64,000 nt of DNA from a candidate division WOR-3 bacterium (GTDB lineage Bacteria > Hydrothermota > Hydrothermia > JBDRYB01), in NCBI GenBank assembly GCA_039803205.1, contig JBDRYB010000005.1, positions 1-64,000 of the forward strand, written 5' to 3'. The notes below the pieces were generated by a model. It saw only the letters and a list, made by a program, of their open reading frames with translations. It had not been told where the DNA came from and ran no database searches. How positions within the stretch are numbered: position 1 is the stretch's first letter; every line of letters begins with the position of its first letter. Below are positions 1-9,922 of this stretch, in pieces. The position numbers were made by a program, and so were the translations under genes.

Positions 1-2
1 GG

Positions 3-155
3 GGGATAAGGTTCCTGAGAGAAGTCCTCTTTCTGGTTCCTGCTGTGGTTGAGAGATGCGGTGAGATGTTCATCTTGCACCTTCCATCTGCCTGGCCATT
101 TGCTGGCCTGATGAACGAGATAATGGTCAGCCTGGCGAGGCCAGCCCCAGCTTAA
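3..155 (+). mobile_element. C-terminal end of a probable IS1380-family transposase (runs off the left edge)
   Basis: Frame 3 reads GIRFLREVLFLVPAVVERCGEMFILHLPSAWPFAGLMNEIMVSLARPAPA* (TAA 153-155), resembling the LR..L..VPA.V......LHLP..WP tail of IS1380 transposases. The right end may lie near 348 (CCTGCACGAATCTCAAC on the minus strand). Confidence 0.55.
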
Positions 156-310
156 CTCTCATGAGGATCTGGGAACAAGAACCCTCCATATGAGGGAGGG
201 GGAGGTTTTGTTTGCATCCCTGAAAACACCATTTTCGACTCTCTCAGAGGGGGGTTTCTGAGCAATAGAACCCTAGAAAGATCCTTCCCCCCATCCTCCA
301 AAGACCGTTT

Positions 311-1033
311 TTAGGCCCTGAACCCACCTCGGTTGAGATTCGTGCAGGAAGTGGGTTCAAGAGACTTAATCTGTTCAAAAGAGCCATCTGGATCAGTATC
401 AAAGTCTATATCCGGTATAGTGGGTAAACTCTCTTTCCATACTAGTAGCCACTCAAGCAAATTGTCCCACAGTCCAGGGACATTAATGTAATCAAAGAAC
501 TCTGGGCCGTAAAAAAGGAATATTTCCTGGCACTTCGTTTTGCGCTTCAGCTTTCTTATCTCACCAAGATAATAGTTTCGGTTCTTCGCCAAAGAGGGAT
601 CAACAAACCACATTATACCTTCTAGATTACCGGAGTGACGCGATAGAAGTAATCTGAATTTCTCTTGGAAATTTGCAAACTGCCCTTTTTTCTTGGTGGA
701 GTCGTGATCGTCTCGTATTTTTTGTTCAACCATATAAAATTTGTTGCCACTACAAAAGTAAATATCCACTCTAAGATCCGAATTAATCTGACTGTCTAAT
801 ACCCTATAGCCCAGGGATTCTAAAACCTTTTTTGTGATCTCTTCCATCGCATCACCAAACCTGATTTCCCTGGATTGAAAAATGTTCTGGAGTATTTTGC
901 TTTCTGGTTTGGTTGGTCTAAAGAGTCCAATAAATCTTTCAGGATTTTTGACTATCCTCTCTAGCAAATCCCTCTTTTCTTCACCGAAGATATGCCTGTT
1001 CAAAATTGAGGAAAATCCTTGATAGTCAATCAT
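311..1033 (-). CDS. Type II restriction endonuclease, HpyAIV-like (PD-(D/E)xK), probably C-terminally truncated
   Basis: NPERFIGLFRPTKP...QSREIRFGDAMEE and VDIYF...VEQKIRDDHDSTKKKGQ motifs; overlaps the stop of the MTase gene; the last ~12 codons run into IS-like DNA. Confidence 0.75.
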   Translation of the reverse strand: MIDYQGFSSILNRHIFGEEKRDLLERIVKNPERFIGLFRPTKPESKILQNIFQSREIRFGDAMEEITKKVLESLGYRVLDSQINSDLRVDIYFCSGNKFYMVEQKIRDDHDSTKKKGQFANFQEKFRLLLSRHSGNLEGIMWFVDPSLAKNRNYYLGEIRKLKRKTKCQEIFLFYGPEFFDYINVPGLWDNLLEWLLVWKESLPTIPDIDFDTDPDGSFEQIKSLEPTSCTNLNRGGFRA

Positions 1034-1881
1034 GGTTTTTCAAAAAGGTTTTCCAGAAGAGAAAAGCGCTTAGCCGCAGCTTCCACATACCTTTTTTCCT
1101 TCTCTATCATCAAGAATCGCCTGCCAAATTTTTTGGCCACAAAGCCTGTGGTGCAAGTCCCGGCCATGGGATCAAGAACAAGATCGCCAGGTTTTGTGGA
1201 GGTGAGAATAACGCGCTCGAGGAGTCTCTCAGGCTTTTGGGTGGAATGAATCTTTCGGCCCTTATCATCTCTCAGTCGTTCACTGCCGGCACATAAAGGT
1301 AATTCCCAGACATTGGCTCCTACCTTGCCGTAACCAAACTTGTATGCCCACTCATGATTGAAGGTGTATCCTTTGGCATCTTTGTCCTTAACTGCCCAGA
1401 TGAGGGTCTCTGTTCCATTGGTAAATCTAACGCGCAGGAAGTTGGGCACCGGATTGGTTTTGAGCCAGATAACATCGTTTAAAATCCAATACCCCAAGTC
1501 TTGCATTATCTTGCCTATCCTAAATATGTTATGATATGTGCCAATAACCCAAATGGTTGCAGAGGGTTTCATTACCCTTTTTATTTCGGATAGCCAACGC
1601 TCAGTGAAGGCGTCATACTCGGCGAAGCTTTCAAATCTATCCCATCGGTCTTCAACACCGTTGACCACAGTGCCAGACCAACGGATCAATTTTTTGGGGG
1701 GAAGCTGCAAATTGTAAGGCGGATCAACGAAAATCATATCGGCAATTTCCGGGGGAAGTTTTGGCAAAACCGAGAAGCAATCTCCAAGGACTATTTTGTC
1801 AATAATCTCCCCCTTGTATTCCTCCAGCTCCTCTTCAGGGATAACAATCCGTTCCTTCTTTGCGGTTTCAGGCTTGTTCAC
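1030..1881 (-). CDS. Beta-class N6-adenine DNA methyltransferase, M.HinfI/CcrM-like (GANTC predicted)
   Basis: IFVDPPYNLQL, WVIGTYHNIFRIG, NDVIWLKTNPVPNF, HSTQKPE, VLDPMAGTCTT; the catalytic motif precedes the SAM-binding motif. Confidence 0.9.
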   Translation of the reverse strand: MNKPETAKKERIVIPEEELEEYKGEIIDKIVLGDCFSVLPKLPPEIADMIFVDPPYNLQLPPKKLIRWSGTVVNGVEDRWDRFESFAEYDAFTERWLSEIKRVMKPSATIWVIGTYHNIFRIGKIMQDLGYWILNDVIWLKTNPVPNFLRVRFTNGTETLIWAVKDKDAKGYTFNHEWAYKFGYGKVGANVWELPLCAGSERLRDDKGRKIHSTQKPERLLERVILTSTKPGDLVLDPMAGTCTTGFVAKKFGRRFLMIEKEKRYVEAAAKRFSLLENLFEKP

Positions 1882-1942
1882 TGCACTTCTCCATGTTAAT
1901 AGAAATTATAAACCAGCCTCTGAGTGCGATTCAAATTTTTTT

Positions 1943-2701
1943 TCATTTCCACCTCCCCGCCGGATCAAACCCCTTCTCCGTCGCTATGCGGTTGAGCCAA
2001 TCCTCAAGCAATTTATGGTTTTTGTGCCGCGCGGAACGGGCCGCGCTGGCTCCAGCGCCCGTGTAGAATCGGTTAAAGAAGAAATTGTAGGCCAGAAGCG
2101 CATCCATGTAGTAGGATCTGTGGACCGTTATGCCCTTATAGACCGAATAGCCTATAAAGCCTATTATCCCAGCGTTCAGGGCCATGGCCCAAAGGCCTTT
2201 TACTGGTTCATCCGTATAGATGTGGCCGAGGCCTGGCAAACAGGAGAGCCTCGCGGCTGATTGCGGAGAATAGAGAACGGGCGCGGTTTCCATAGCATAC
2301 GCTATCACATCCAGAAGCCCGGAATCCCCCCGGGCCCACTCTTCTGCCCCGCCGAAATCCATGAGCATTATGGATGCCAGAATCAAAAGGGAATCAGCGG
2401 GGCCATAGCCGCCGAGGCCCTCAAGAATGCCCAAGGCCTCATTCGCTCGCCACTGGGAAATGTATATCCTGGCCCTCAGGATCACAGATTGGGTATCTCT
2501 CCTGCCAGAGAGCAATCTCACTGCCTCGCCAGTATCGCCTTGAGAGAGGAGACAGCGTGCGGCCGAAACGGAGTCCCCCTCTCTGAGGTATTCTCTCGCC
2601 GCGGCGCGAAAATCCCCAAGAGCCTCAAGCCTCTTTGGGAAATCCGATGCCTGGGTGTTTAGACCAAAAACGACAAACCAGAGACCATAGACCGGATTCA
2701 T
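1943..2701 (-). CDS. TPR-like membrane protein
   Basis: Helical repeats followed by LSCLPGLGHIY and hydrophobic segments; paralogous to the adjacent ORF; coupled by overlap. Confidence 0.6.
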   Translation of the reverse strand: MNPVYGLWFVVFGLNTQASDFPKRLEALGDFRAAAREYLREGDSVSAARCLLSQGDTGEAVRLLSGRRDTQSVILRARIYISQWRANEALGILEGLGGYGPADSLLILASIMLMDFGGAEEWARGDSGLLDVIAYAMETAPVLYSPQSAARLSCLPGLGHIYTDEPVKGLWAMALNAGIIGFIGYSVYKGITVHRSYYMDALLAYNFFFNRFYTGAGASAARSARHKNHKLLEDWLNRIATEKGFDPAGRWK

Positions 2702-3480
2702 CTGAAGAACTCGCGGTTATACGGGTCTTTGAAGATCAAGGGCCTTATCTCCAGGAGATACCCCTCGCGCTTCTCGTGCCTCCGAGCCCTCGCACCGACA
2801 TAAGCGCCGTAAGCCCCTCCGAGCCAGAAAAAACCCGCTAATCCCCCTGTTATCAAGGCAGGGGTTTGTCTCTCGGCCTTAAAGTAATAGTAGCTTATCC
2901 CAGCCATGCCCACAGAGAAAATGAATGCCATGAAAGCGTCGCCGGGGTGAGCGTAGTAGACCTGGCCGGCTCCCGGAACCAGAGCCGAGAGACAACCGGC
3001 CAGCAGAGGGGTCGGGCCTTCTGGAAAACCCTCAAGGAGCTGGGCAAGGGAATCCTCTCCCGCACGGAGGAGTATGGCTTTGGCTGATGAGGGATCATCC
3101 TGGGTCAGCGCCGCCCAAGCCCTCATCAAAGATGTCTCCGTGGGGAGGATCGAATCTAGGGTGGAAATGAGCGTATCAGCGCCCGGTTCCCTCGTAAGGA
3201 GGCGTATCCTGGCCATCTCAAGAAGGGCGTATTCGCTCTTCGGAAGGCCCTCCTCCGTGTATTCAGAGAAGACCCTGAGAGCAATCGGAAACTCTCCTGC
3301 CCTCGCGTAGTTTATACCTGCCCTGAAGAGCGCGTAGGGAGCCAGTGAATCGGATGGCCAGTATGTCCAGAACCTGTAGAATTCGGCAGCGGCCTGGCGC
3401 GAATCCCCCTCCCTTTCCAGGGTCTCAGCGAAATCCAGCACGGGGCCGGGTTCCAGTTGCGCCAAGAGGAATATCACCAC
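2698..3480 (-). CDS. TPR (BamD/CpoB-like) protein with C-terminal TM segments
   Basis: YWPSDSLAPYALFRAG TPR motif; LSALVPGAGQVY plus TM helices; short N-terminus MVIFLLAQ. Confidence 0.7.
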   Translation of the reverse strand: MVIFLLAQLEPGPVLDFAETLEREGDSRQAAAEFYRFWTYWPSDSLAPYALFRAGINYARAGEFPIALRVFSEYTEEGLPKSEYALLEMARIRLLTREPGADTLISTLDSILPTETSLMRAWAALTQDDPSSAKAILLRAGEDSLAQLLEGFPEGPTPLLAGCLSALVPGAGQVYYAHPGDAFMAFIFSVGMAGISYYYFKAERQTPALITGGLAGFFWLGGAYGAYVGARARRHEKREGYLLEIRPLIFKDPYNREFFR

Positions 3481-3893
3481 GGATACAGAACCTCCTTCGG
3501 ATACTCTGGCTTGCTGAATATGTAATAGTCCTCCTGGTTCTCGTGGAGCTTGCCACCCGAGAGCTCGTATTCCTCCCCGAGAAAGGCCCAGGAACCTGGA
3601 TTACAGCGCAGTAACCTGTCCCCGGCCATGAGAATCCCGATAAATCCGTATTTTTTTACAGCCGCCTCGCCGTAGCGAGAACAAGAAGGGTTGTAGTTGC
3701 AGACATCAGGTTGGAGCTCAGAAAGCGTAAGCTGATAACTCTTTATAACGAGCCAAGCCGAGAGCTTTGTAGGGTTGGAGAAAAGGGAGGGGCTCAGGAC
3801 AAGGAGGATTATCAGCACCTTGAAATAATAAATCATCAGGGAGAGGGCATTCAAATACATATTTGTTAACAAACCCATGGCCATGAAACGCAT
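3474..3893 (-). CDS. yidD: Membrane protein insertion efficiency factor YidD family (true start probably downstream, near 3836)
   Basis: YQ..LS....CNYNPSCSRYG..AV.KYG...G.LM..DRLLRCNP motif. Confidence 0.8.
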   Translation of the reverse strand: MRFMAMGLLTNMYLNALSLMIYYFKVLIILLVLSPSLFSNPTKLSAWLVIKSYQLTLSELQPDVCNYNPSCSRYGEAAVKKYGFIGILMAGDRLLRCNPGSWAFLGEEYELSGGKLHENQEDYYIFSKPEYPKEVLYPW

Positions 3894-4032
3894 CGGGCTT
3901 TTCCTCGATCCCCGAAACCCTTGCCTGGGGCCGATTTCCGAGAGCGGGAATTACAGACCGGGCCTTGAAAAGATGAGACAAAATTGTGTTTGCATTAGGC
4001 CAGGCCTATGCTTTAGAATATGAAGCTGGCAA

Positions 4033-5034
4033 TTGATCGTGAAAAACCTTGAACTTATCAATTTCCGGTGCTTCAGTCGGGCCAGGTTCAACTTCGACCC
4101 AGAGGTCAACCTCGTGACCGGCCCGAACGGCTCCGGCAAGACATCCCTCCTTGAGGCAATAGCCTACATCTCAACCCCGAGGAGCTTCTCAGGGGTTCTT
4201 GATAGGGACCTCATTGCTTGGGGCGAGAACGGGTTCTTTCTTAAGGGGGAGATAGAAAGAGCTGGCACCACGCACGAGATAACCGTCTCAGTCAAAGGGG
4301 AAAAGAAGAACATTCGGATAGACGGCAAAAGCATAGACTCATACGCTGACCTCTTCTCAACATTTGTTGTCCTGGCTGTGGGGCCGGGCGCGGATGCTAT
4401 GGTTGGAGGAACGCCTGAAGAGGGAAGAAGGTTTCTGGATTGGGCGCTTTCGCTCATGGAAAAGGAGTATTATCAGAGGCTACTCGCTTTCAGGAAGGCC
4501 CTCTCTCACAAAAATGCTCTTCTCAAGAAGCGGGATCCCAGGCTCGCGCCCTGGAACCGAGAGCTTGAGCGCCACGGCTCGTTTCTGGTATCCCGGAGAG
4601 AGGAGCTCGTGAAGGAGCTGAACGAGAGGATACCTCCAATCTCAAAGCGCAAGGTCTCCCTCCAATACACCCCTTCATCGCGAATGGAGGTTGGCTCCCT
4701 GGACAGGCTGAAGGAGCAGGAGCTTGAGAGAGGATTCTCGCTCGCCGGGCCGCAGAGGGACACCCTTGAGGTTTTCCTTGACGGGAGGAGGGCGAGGGGA
4801 TTCGCCTCACAGGGAGAAAGGAGAATAGCGCACCTGGCGATAATGCTCTCAGCGAGGAAGATATTCACCCAAAGGCTCCGAGAGGCTCCGGTGTTAATAA
4901 TGGATGAACCCGCTTCTGTCCTGGATGATGAGCATCTCTCGTCCTTGCTGGATAGCCTTGAGGGTCAGGTCATATATACGGATGTCCTCGTAAGAAGGGC
5001 ATCGGGGAGGATAATTGAGCTTGGAAAAGCCTAA
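4033..5034 (+). CDS. recF: DNA replication/repair protein RecF
   Basis: NFRC, GPNGSGKTSLLEAI Walker A, ASQGE, PVLIMDE; lies upstream of DUF721-gyrB. Confidence 0.93.
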   Translation: MIVKNLELINFRCFSRARFNFDPEVNLVTGPNGSGKTSLLEAIAYISTPRSFSGVLDRDLIAWGENGFFLKGEIERAGTTHEITVSVKGEKKNIRIDGKSIDSYADLFSTFVVLAVGPGADAMVGGTPEEGRRFLDWALSLMEKEYYQRLLAFRKALSHKNALLKKRDPRLAPWNRELERHGSFLVSRREELVKELNERIPPISKRKVSLQYTPSSRMEVGSLDRLKEQELERGFSLAGPQRDTLEVFLDGRRARGFASQGERRIAHLAIMLSARKIFTQRLREAPVLIMDEPASVLDDEHLSSLLDSLEGQVIYTDVLVRRASGRIIELGKA

Positions 5035-5329
5035 GAGGATAGGAGAAGGCCTAAGGTCCATGCTTGAGAGATGGGGCATGGAGGGAATATGGCAGGCCTC
5101 AGAGGTTCAGGACGCTTTCGGCAAGGTTTTCTCAGCCTATCCTGGCACCCAGTTTCTAGGGTTTGACAAAGGGGTTCTCACGGTCGGGGTGAAAAGCCCT
5201 GGGCTGAGATCAGACCTCTCCTTCAGAAAGAAGGAGCTCATAGGGGTTATGAACGAGTTTATAGGAGAGGATGTCGTTAAGGACATGAGGTTCACGGGAA
5301 TAAAGCCAAGGAGGGAGAAAGGAAGATGA
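5015..5329 (+). CDS. dciA: DUF721/DciA family protein
   Basis: GVLTVGVKSP..RSDLSF.KKELI..MN.F.G..VVKDMRF; canonical position between recF and gyrB. Confidence 0.75.
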   Translation: MSLEKPKRIGEGLRSMLERWGMEGIWQASEVQDAFGKVFSAYPGTQFLGFDKGVLTVGVKSPGLRSDLSFRKKELIGVMNEFIGEDVVKDMRFTGIKPRREKGR

Positions 5330-7710
5330 CCTCCCCAAAACAGAGATACGATGCTTCAGCAATAAAGGTCCTCAAGGGGCTTGAGGGGGTCCGCAGGCGC
5401 CCCGCGATGTATATCGGGGATGTTGGAAAGCGAGGGCTCCACCACCTTGTCTACGAGATAGTTGATAACTCGGTTGATGAGGCACTCTCCGGTTTCTGCA
5501 AGAACATTGAGGTGATTTTCAGGCCTGATGGCGCTGTCACGGTCTCGGATGACGGGAGAGGGATCCCGGTTGACACCCACCCAGAGCTGGGCGTTTCCGC
5601 TCTTGAGGTCGTGATGACGACTCTCCACGCTGGCGGAAAGTTTGACCACAAGGCATATGCAATATCAGGCGGATTGCACGGGGTTGGGGCATCAGTGGTC
5701 AACGCGCTCTCAGAGTGGATGATAGCTGAGGTCAGGAGAGATGGGAAGCTCTGGCGCCAACGGTATGAGAGGGGAATGAAGGCCTCAGAGGTTGAGATCG
5801 TTGGCGATGCGGAGGGAACGGGGACAACTATAACTTTCAAACCAGACCCCGAGATATTCAAGGAGAGGAGCTTTGATTTTGAGCTAGCGGCCGAGAGGCT
5901 GAGGGAGCTGGCCTTTCTGGTCGCTGGTGTGAGGATAAGGGTTGTTGATGAGGGGACCGGAAGGGAGGAGGTCTTCCTCTATGAAGGGGGATTGCGTGAG
6001 TTCCTAGGATACCTGGACGAGGCAAGGGAAACCCTTTTTAGCCCCCCCTTCTACGCGTGGTTCCGGGATCAGGAAACAGGTGTTGAATGCGAGTGCGCGC
6101 TTGAATACACGGACGCTTATTCCGAGATAGTCCTCACCTACGCGAACACAATAGGAACCCACGAGGGAGGAACCCACCTAACGGGTTTCCGCTCCGCTCT
6201 CACCAGGGTAATAAACGATTATGGGAAACAATCGGGCCTGATGAAGAACGGCCAGGCGATAACCGGAGAGGACACGAGGGAAGGGCTTACCGCTGTTCTT
6301 CATGTGAAGCTTCCTGACCCGCAGTTTGAGGGCCAGACGAAGACAAAGTTAGGGAACGGATACATCAGGGGAATAGTTGAGACAGGCCTATACGAGAAGC
6401 TTTGGCGCTTTCTTGAGGAGAACCCCAGGGCCGCTCAGGCGATAGTGGCAAAGTGCCTACTCGCCGCGAAGGGGAGGGAGGCGGCCCGTAAGGCGAGGGA
6501 ACTCACGAGGCGAAAGAGCTTTCTTGAATCCGATAGCCTTCCCGGAAAACTAACTGATTGCATATCAAGGGAAAAGGATTCAGCGGAGCTCTTCATAGTT
6601 GAGGGGGAATCGGCTGGCGGAAACGCTAAGCAGGGAAGGGACAGACATACCCAGGCCGTCCTTCCCCTTCGTGGAAAGATATTGAATGTTGAAAAGAGCA
6701 CCCTTGACCGCTCCCTTTCAAACGCGGAGATAAGAACCCTGGTCTCAGCCATAGGCTCTGGGATAGGCGATGATTGCGACCCGAGCGAATCCCGATACGG
6801 TAAGATAATCATAATGACGGATGCTGATGTTGACGGGGCGCACATACGGACCCTCCTCCTTACATTCTTCTACAGATACATGCGGCCTCTGGTTGAAGAG
6901 GGCTACATATACATAGCCCAGCCCCCTCTGTTTCGCGTCCAGAAAGGAAAAACATTCGCCTATGCCTACGATGAGGAGGAACTCTGGGCAAGGGGCGTTC
7001 AGGTGGCCCACGGCATAAAGGCCTTCCGTAAGGATGGGTCCGAGCTCCCGGACAATGAGCTTCTCAGCAAGCTCCTGATCTTCTACAGGTTCAGGAAATA
7101 CTCAGATGTTCTTGTGAGGTATGACCAAGACCTCATTAGGCTCGTGGAACCAATTGTTGCTGGGATGGGGATGTGGAAGAAGACCTTCTCGGATACCGAT
7201 GAGATGTTCAAGTTCATAAACGAGATCAAGGGGAACAAGGCCATCCCCGAGTTCACAGTGAATCAGGAGAAACTAGAGGTCGTCTTCAAGGTGAAATCCG
7301 GCAACGAGATTCCCGTTCCAGCTGAGGACCTGAGGCTCCTCCTTAACCTCTACGCCGAGGCATCCGAGGCCCATACGAGGGATGGGTTCAAGGACATGAG
7401 GTTCGTGCTTGAAAAGGAAGAGGCGGTAATAAGCAAACCGGATGATCTGGTGTATCTTCTCAGAAGGATACTCTCTTATGACCCAGCCTCGGTCGTGACA
7501 ATCCAGCGCTACAAGGGCTTGGGCGAGATGAATCCGGACCAGCTCTGGGAGACAACCATGAACCCCGAAACCAGAACCCTCAGAAGGGTATCGGTTGAGG
7601 ATGCAGAGCAAGCGGAGCGCCTCTTTTCAATCCTCATGGGCGATCAGGTTGAGCCGAGGAGGGAGTTCATAGAGCGCAACGCGCTCAAGGCCGCGAACAT
7701 AGATATATAA
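5326..7710 (+). CDS. gyrB: DNA gyrase subunit B with a long insertion in the TOPRIM region
   Basis: YDASAIKVLKGLEGVRRRPAMYIG, EIVDNSVDE, VEGESAGG, PLRGKILN, MTDADVDG, QRYKGLGEMNP. Confidence 0.97.
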   Translation: MTSPKQRYDASAIKVLKGLEGVRRRPAMYIGDVGKRGLHHLVYEIVDNSVDEALSGFCKNIEVIFRPDGAVTVSDDGRGIPVDTHPELGVSALEVVMTTLHAGGKFDHKAYAISGGLHGVGASVVNALSEWMIAEVRRDGKLWRQRYERGMKASEVEIVGDAEGTGTTITFKPDPEIFKERSFDFELAAERLRELAFLVAGVRIRVVDEGTGREEVFLYEGGLREFLGYLDEARETLFSPPFYAWFRDQETGVECECALEYTDAYSEIVLTYANTIGTHEGGTHLTGFRSALTRVINDYGKQSGLMKNGQAITGEDTREGLTAVLHVKLPDPQFEGQTKTKLGNGYIRGIVETGLYEKLWRFLEENPRAAQAIVAKCLLAAKGREAARKARELTRRKSFLESDSLPGKLTDCISREKDSAELFIVEGESAGGNAKQGRDRHTQAVLPLRGKILNVEKSTLDRSLSNAEIRTLVSAIGSGIGDDCDPSESRYGKIIIMTDADVDGAHIRTLLLTFFYRYMRPLVEEGYIYIAQPPLFRVQKGKTFAYAYDEEELWARGVQVAHGIKAFRKDGSELPDNELLSKLLIFYRFRKYSDVLVRYDQDLIRLVEPIVAGMGMWKKTFSDTDEMFKFINEIKGNKAIPEFTVNQEKLEVVFKVKSGNEIPVPAEDLRLLLNLYAEASEAHTRDGFKDMRFVLEKEEAVISKPDDLVYLLRRILSYDPASVVTIQRYKGLGEMNPDQLWETTMNPETRTLRRVSVEDAEQAERLFSILMGDQVEPRREFIERNALKAANIDI

Positions 7711-7745
7711 GCTGATTGGTTTTTTACGGTGAGGGTTCAGGAGCC

Positions 7746-8333
7746 TCACCCCATTTCCTTCCTGCCCAGGAAAGCCTCCTTAACCGTGATCGGATCAGCA
7801 AGGGATAGCTCCGCGCCCGTTGGAATACCCCTGGCTATCCTCGTTACGCGGACCTTTTCCTTCAAAAGATCGTAGATGTAAAAAGCCGTCGCATCCCCCT
7901 CAACCGTTGGCGAAAGCGCGATTATCACCTCTCTCACATCTCCGGCCTCGCACCTTTTTGTTAAAGCATCAAGCCTTATGTCCTCAGGGCCTACGCCATC
8001 CAGAGGAGAGATCACCCCTCCGAGGACATGATACCTTCCTCTGTAAAAGCTGAAGCTCTCAAAGAGAAAGACATCCGAGGGCCTTTCCACAACAGCAATG
8101 GTATTCTCCCGTCCGGAATCGGAGCATATTGGACAGGGGTCAAGGTCCGTTATTACGCCGCAGATCGAACAAAATCCCAGCTCCCGAGCCCCCGAGAGGG
8201 CCCTTATTAGCTCGTCTAGGTTGTTTCTGTGGCCGAGCAGGTAAAAAGCCAGGCGCTCCGCCGTGTGTTCTCCCACGCTTGGCAATGACTTCAGGGCCTC
8301 AGTGAGCCTCAGAAGCGGCTTTGGTATCCACAT
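7746..8333 (-). CDS. recR: Recombination mediator RecR
   Basis: LPSVGEHTAERLA HhH, C4 zinc finger, YHVLGGVISPLDG, EGDATA. Confidence 0.95.
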   Translation of the reverse strand: MWIPKPLLRLTEALKSLPSVGEHTAERLAFYLLGHRNNLDELIRALSGARELGFCSICGVITDLDPCPICSDSGRENTIAVVERPSDVFLFESFSFYRGRYHVLGGVISPLDGVGPEDIRLDALTKRCEAGDVREVIIALSPTVEGDATAFYIYDLLKEKVRVTRIARGIPTGAELSLADPITVKEAFLGRKEMG

Positions 8334-8367
8334 ATCGTTAGGTTCGGGCTTGTTCCGCGAGACAGGC

Positions 8368-8691
8368 TCACATCCCGCCCCCGAGCATCGCCCTCATCTC
8401 TGGGGGAAGGTCTCGGATCAGCTCCTGGAACTTCTCCTGGCTGAACCTCCCCGCGGCCTCCCTCGCAGAATTGAAGGCATAGGCCAATCCCTTCTCAAGA
8501 TCCCTTTTCCTGTCCGGGCTGAGAAGCTCAGGGTCTACCTCAATGGATTGGACCTCGCCGGTTCCATCAACCGTTATCCTTATCTTACCTCCCTGGGCAT
8601 CAGCGGTGAGCCTCGCTTTTTTCAGTTCGCGCTCCATTTTGCCCAGTTTGGCCCTAAGAGCCATCGCGTCCCTCATCTGTCCAAAGTTCAT
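8368..8691 (-). CDS. ybaB: YbaB/EbfC nucleoid-associated protein
   Basis: GGKIRITVDGTGEVQSIEVDPELL motif; dnaX-ybaB-recR synteny. Confidence 0.88.
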   Translation of the reverse strand: MNFGQMRDAMALRAKLGKMERELKKARLTADAQGGKIRITVDGTGEVQSIEVDPELLSPDRKRDLEKGLAYAFNSAREAAGRFSQEKFQELIRDLPPEMRAMLGGGM

Positions 8692-9922
8692 CCTCTATTT
8701 CCTCCAATTTGAATGTTTCTATGAGCTTTTTCAAGGCCTCATCCTGAACCTGAGGCTTTGCTTCGTCCTGTGCCTTCTTCTTCCGAATAGGTGCGGATGG
8801 GCCCCTTGGTATCTCCTCGGCTCGTATCTCGGAACCACCCCTGAGCGCGCGCTCTATGTCCACCGCGGAGGGCAAAAGGGCCATCCGGAGCACAGCGTGT
8901 TCCGCCCATGCCCTCGGGTTTATCCTGTATCTCAGGGACGATTCAAGATCAAAGGAGATGCCAGCGTATGCGAGGAGATCCTCCCTGGGAAAGGCCTGCG
9001 CCAGCCTTCTCGTGTCCTCATCATCCGAAACCCCCATCTTTGCCCTGAGCATCTCAGCGAGAAAGTTAACGAGGCCACTCGTGAAATCCGCTGGGGTATA
9101 CCCCCTGGCCAAGAGGGAATCCAGATGCCTGAGGGCTCCGGACGCGTCGCGCTCCTTTATGTGGACGAAGAGCTGCCGGTAAAAATCCTTCTCAACGACC
9201 CCAAGGAGGTTCAACACATCTTTTTTGGTTATTGAGCCTCCGGAGTAGACCCAGAGCTGCTCCAGCATGACCAGCGCGTCCCTTAGAGAACCATCAGAGT
9301 GCTCTGAAAGCGCTTTCATCGCCTCAGGCTCCACAGAGATCCCCTCCAGAGAGGCGACGGTTTCCAGCCTGGCCGCTATATCCCCTGCTGTTATGGGCCT
9401 CAGATCAAAGCGCTGGACCCTCGAGAGCACCGTCCTTGGTATGCGCTGGGGGTCGGTCGTGGCGAACATGAAGACGAGATAATCCGGAGGCTCTTCCAGG
9501 GTTTTGAGCAGGGCGTTGAAGGCCTCGGTGGTGAGCATGTGAACCTCGTCTATGATGTAGATCTTGAACCTGCTGTATGCCGGCGGAAACCTTATCTGCT
9601 CCTTTATGTTTCTTATCTCGTCTATGCCCCTGTTTGATGCTCCGTCTATCTCTATGACATCCATCGGGTTGCCCTGAATTATTGCCCTACAGCTCTGGCA
9701 CTCTCCGCAGGGTTCGTCCGCGGGCCCTCGCTCGCAATTCAGGGCCATGGCGAGCAATCTGGCTATGGTTGTTTTGCCTATGCCCCTCGGCCCAGTGAAG
9801 AGATACGCCTGGCCAAGGCGTTCAGGCCCCAGTCTCAACGCGTTCTGTAGGGTTCGGACGACATGCTCCTGGTTCACCACATCGGAGAACCTTTTGGGCC
9901 GGTATTTCAGAGGAAGGTTCAT
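8654..9922 (-). CDS. dnaX: DNA polymerase III subunit gamma/tau (short, 422 aa)
   Basis: KYRPKRF, GPRGIGKTT, EIDGASNRG, IIDEVHML, FNALLKTLEEPP. Confidence 0.96.
   Translation of the reverse strand: MNLPLKYRPKRFSDVVNQEHVVRTLQNALRLGPERLGQAYLFTGPRGIGKTTIARLLAMALNCERGPADEPCGECQSCRAIIQGNPMDVIEIDGASNRGIDEIRNIKEQIRFPPAYSRFKIYIIDEVHMLTTEAFNALLKTLEEPPDYLVFMFATTDPQRIPRTVLSRVQRFDLRPITAGDIAARLETVASLEGISVEPEAMKALSEHSDGSLRDALVMLEQLWVYSGGSITKKDVLNLLGVVEKDFYRQLFVHIKERDASGALRHLDSLLARGYTPADFTSGLVNFLAEMLRAKMGVSDDEDTRRLAQAFPREDLLAYAGISFDLESSLRYRINPRAWAEHAVLRMALLPSAVDIERALRGGSEIRAEEIPRGPSAPIRKKKAQDEAKPQVQDEALKKLIETFKLEEIEDELWTDEGRDGS

Noticed and set aside
3894..4032. oriC between yidD and recF
   Set aside because: No dnaA or dnaN, no TTATCCACA-like boxes and no AT-rich unwinding element seen.
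6990..7490. Insertion in GyrB as a possible intein
   Set aside because: No Cys/Ser start, His-Asn end or LAGLIDADG motif; it sits where the known insertion of long-type GyrB lies.
8654..8900. Programmed frameshift or slippage in dnaX
   Set aside because: The Lys run is coded AAG AAG AAG; no A-run slippery site seen.
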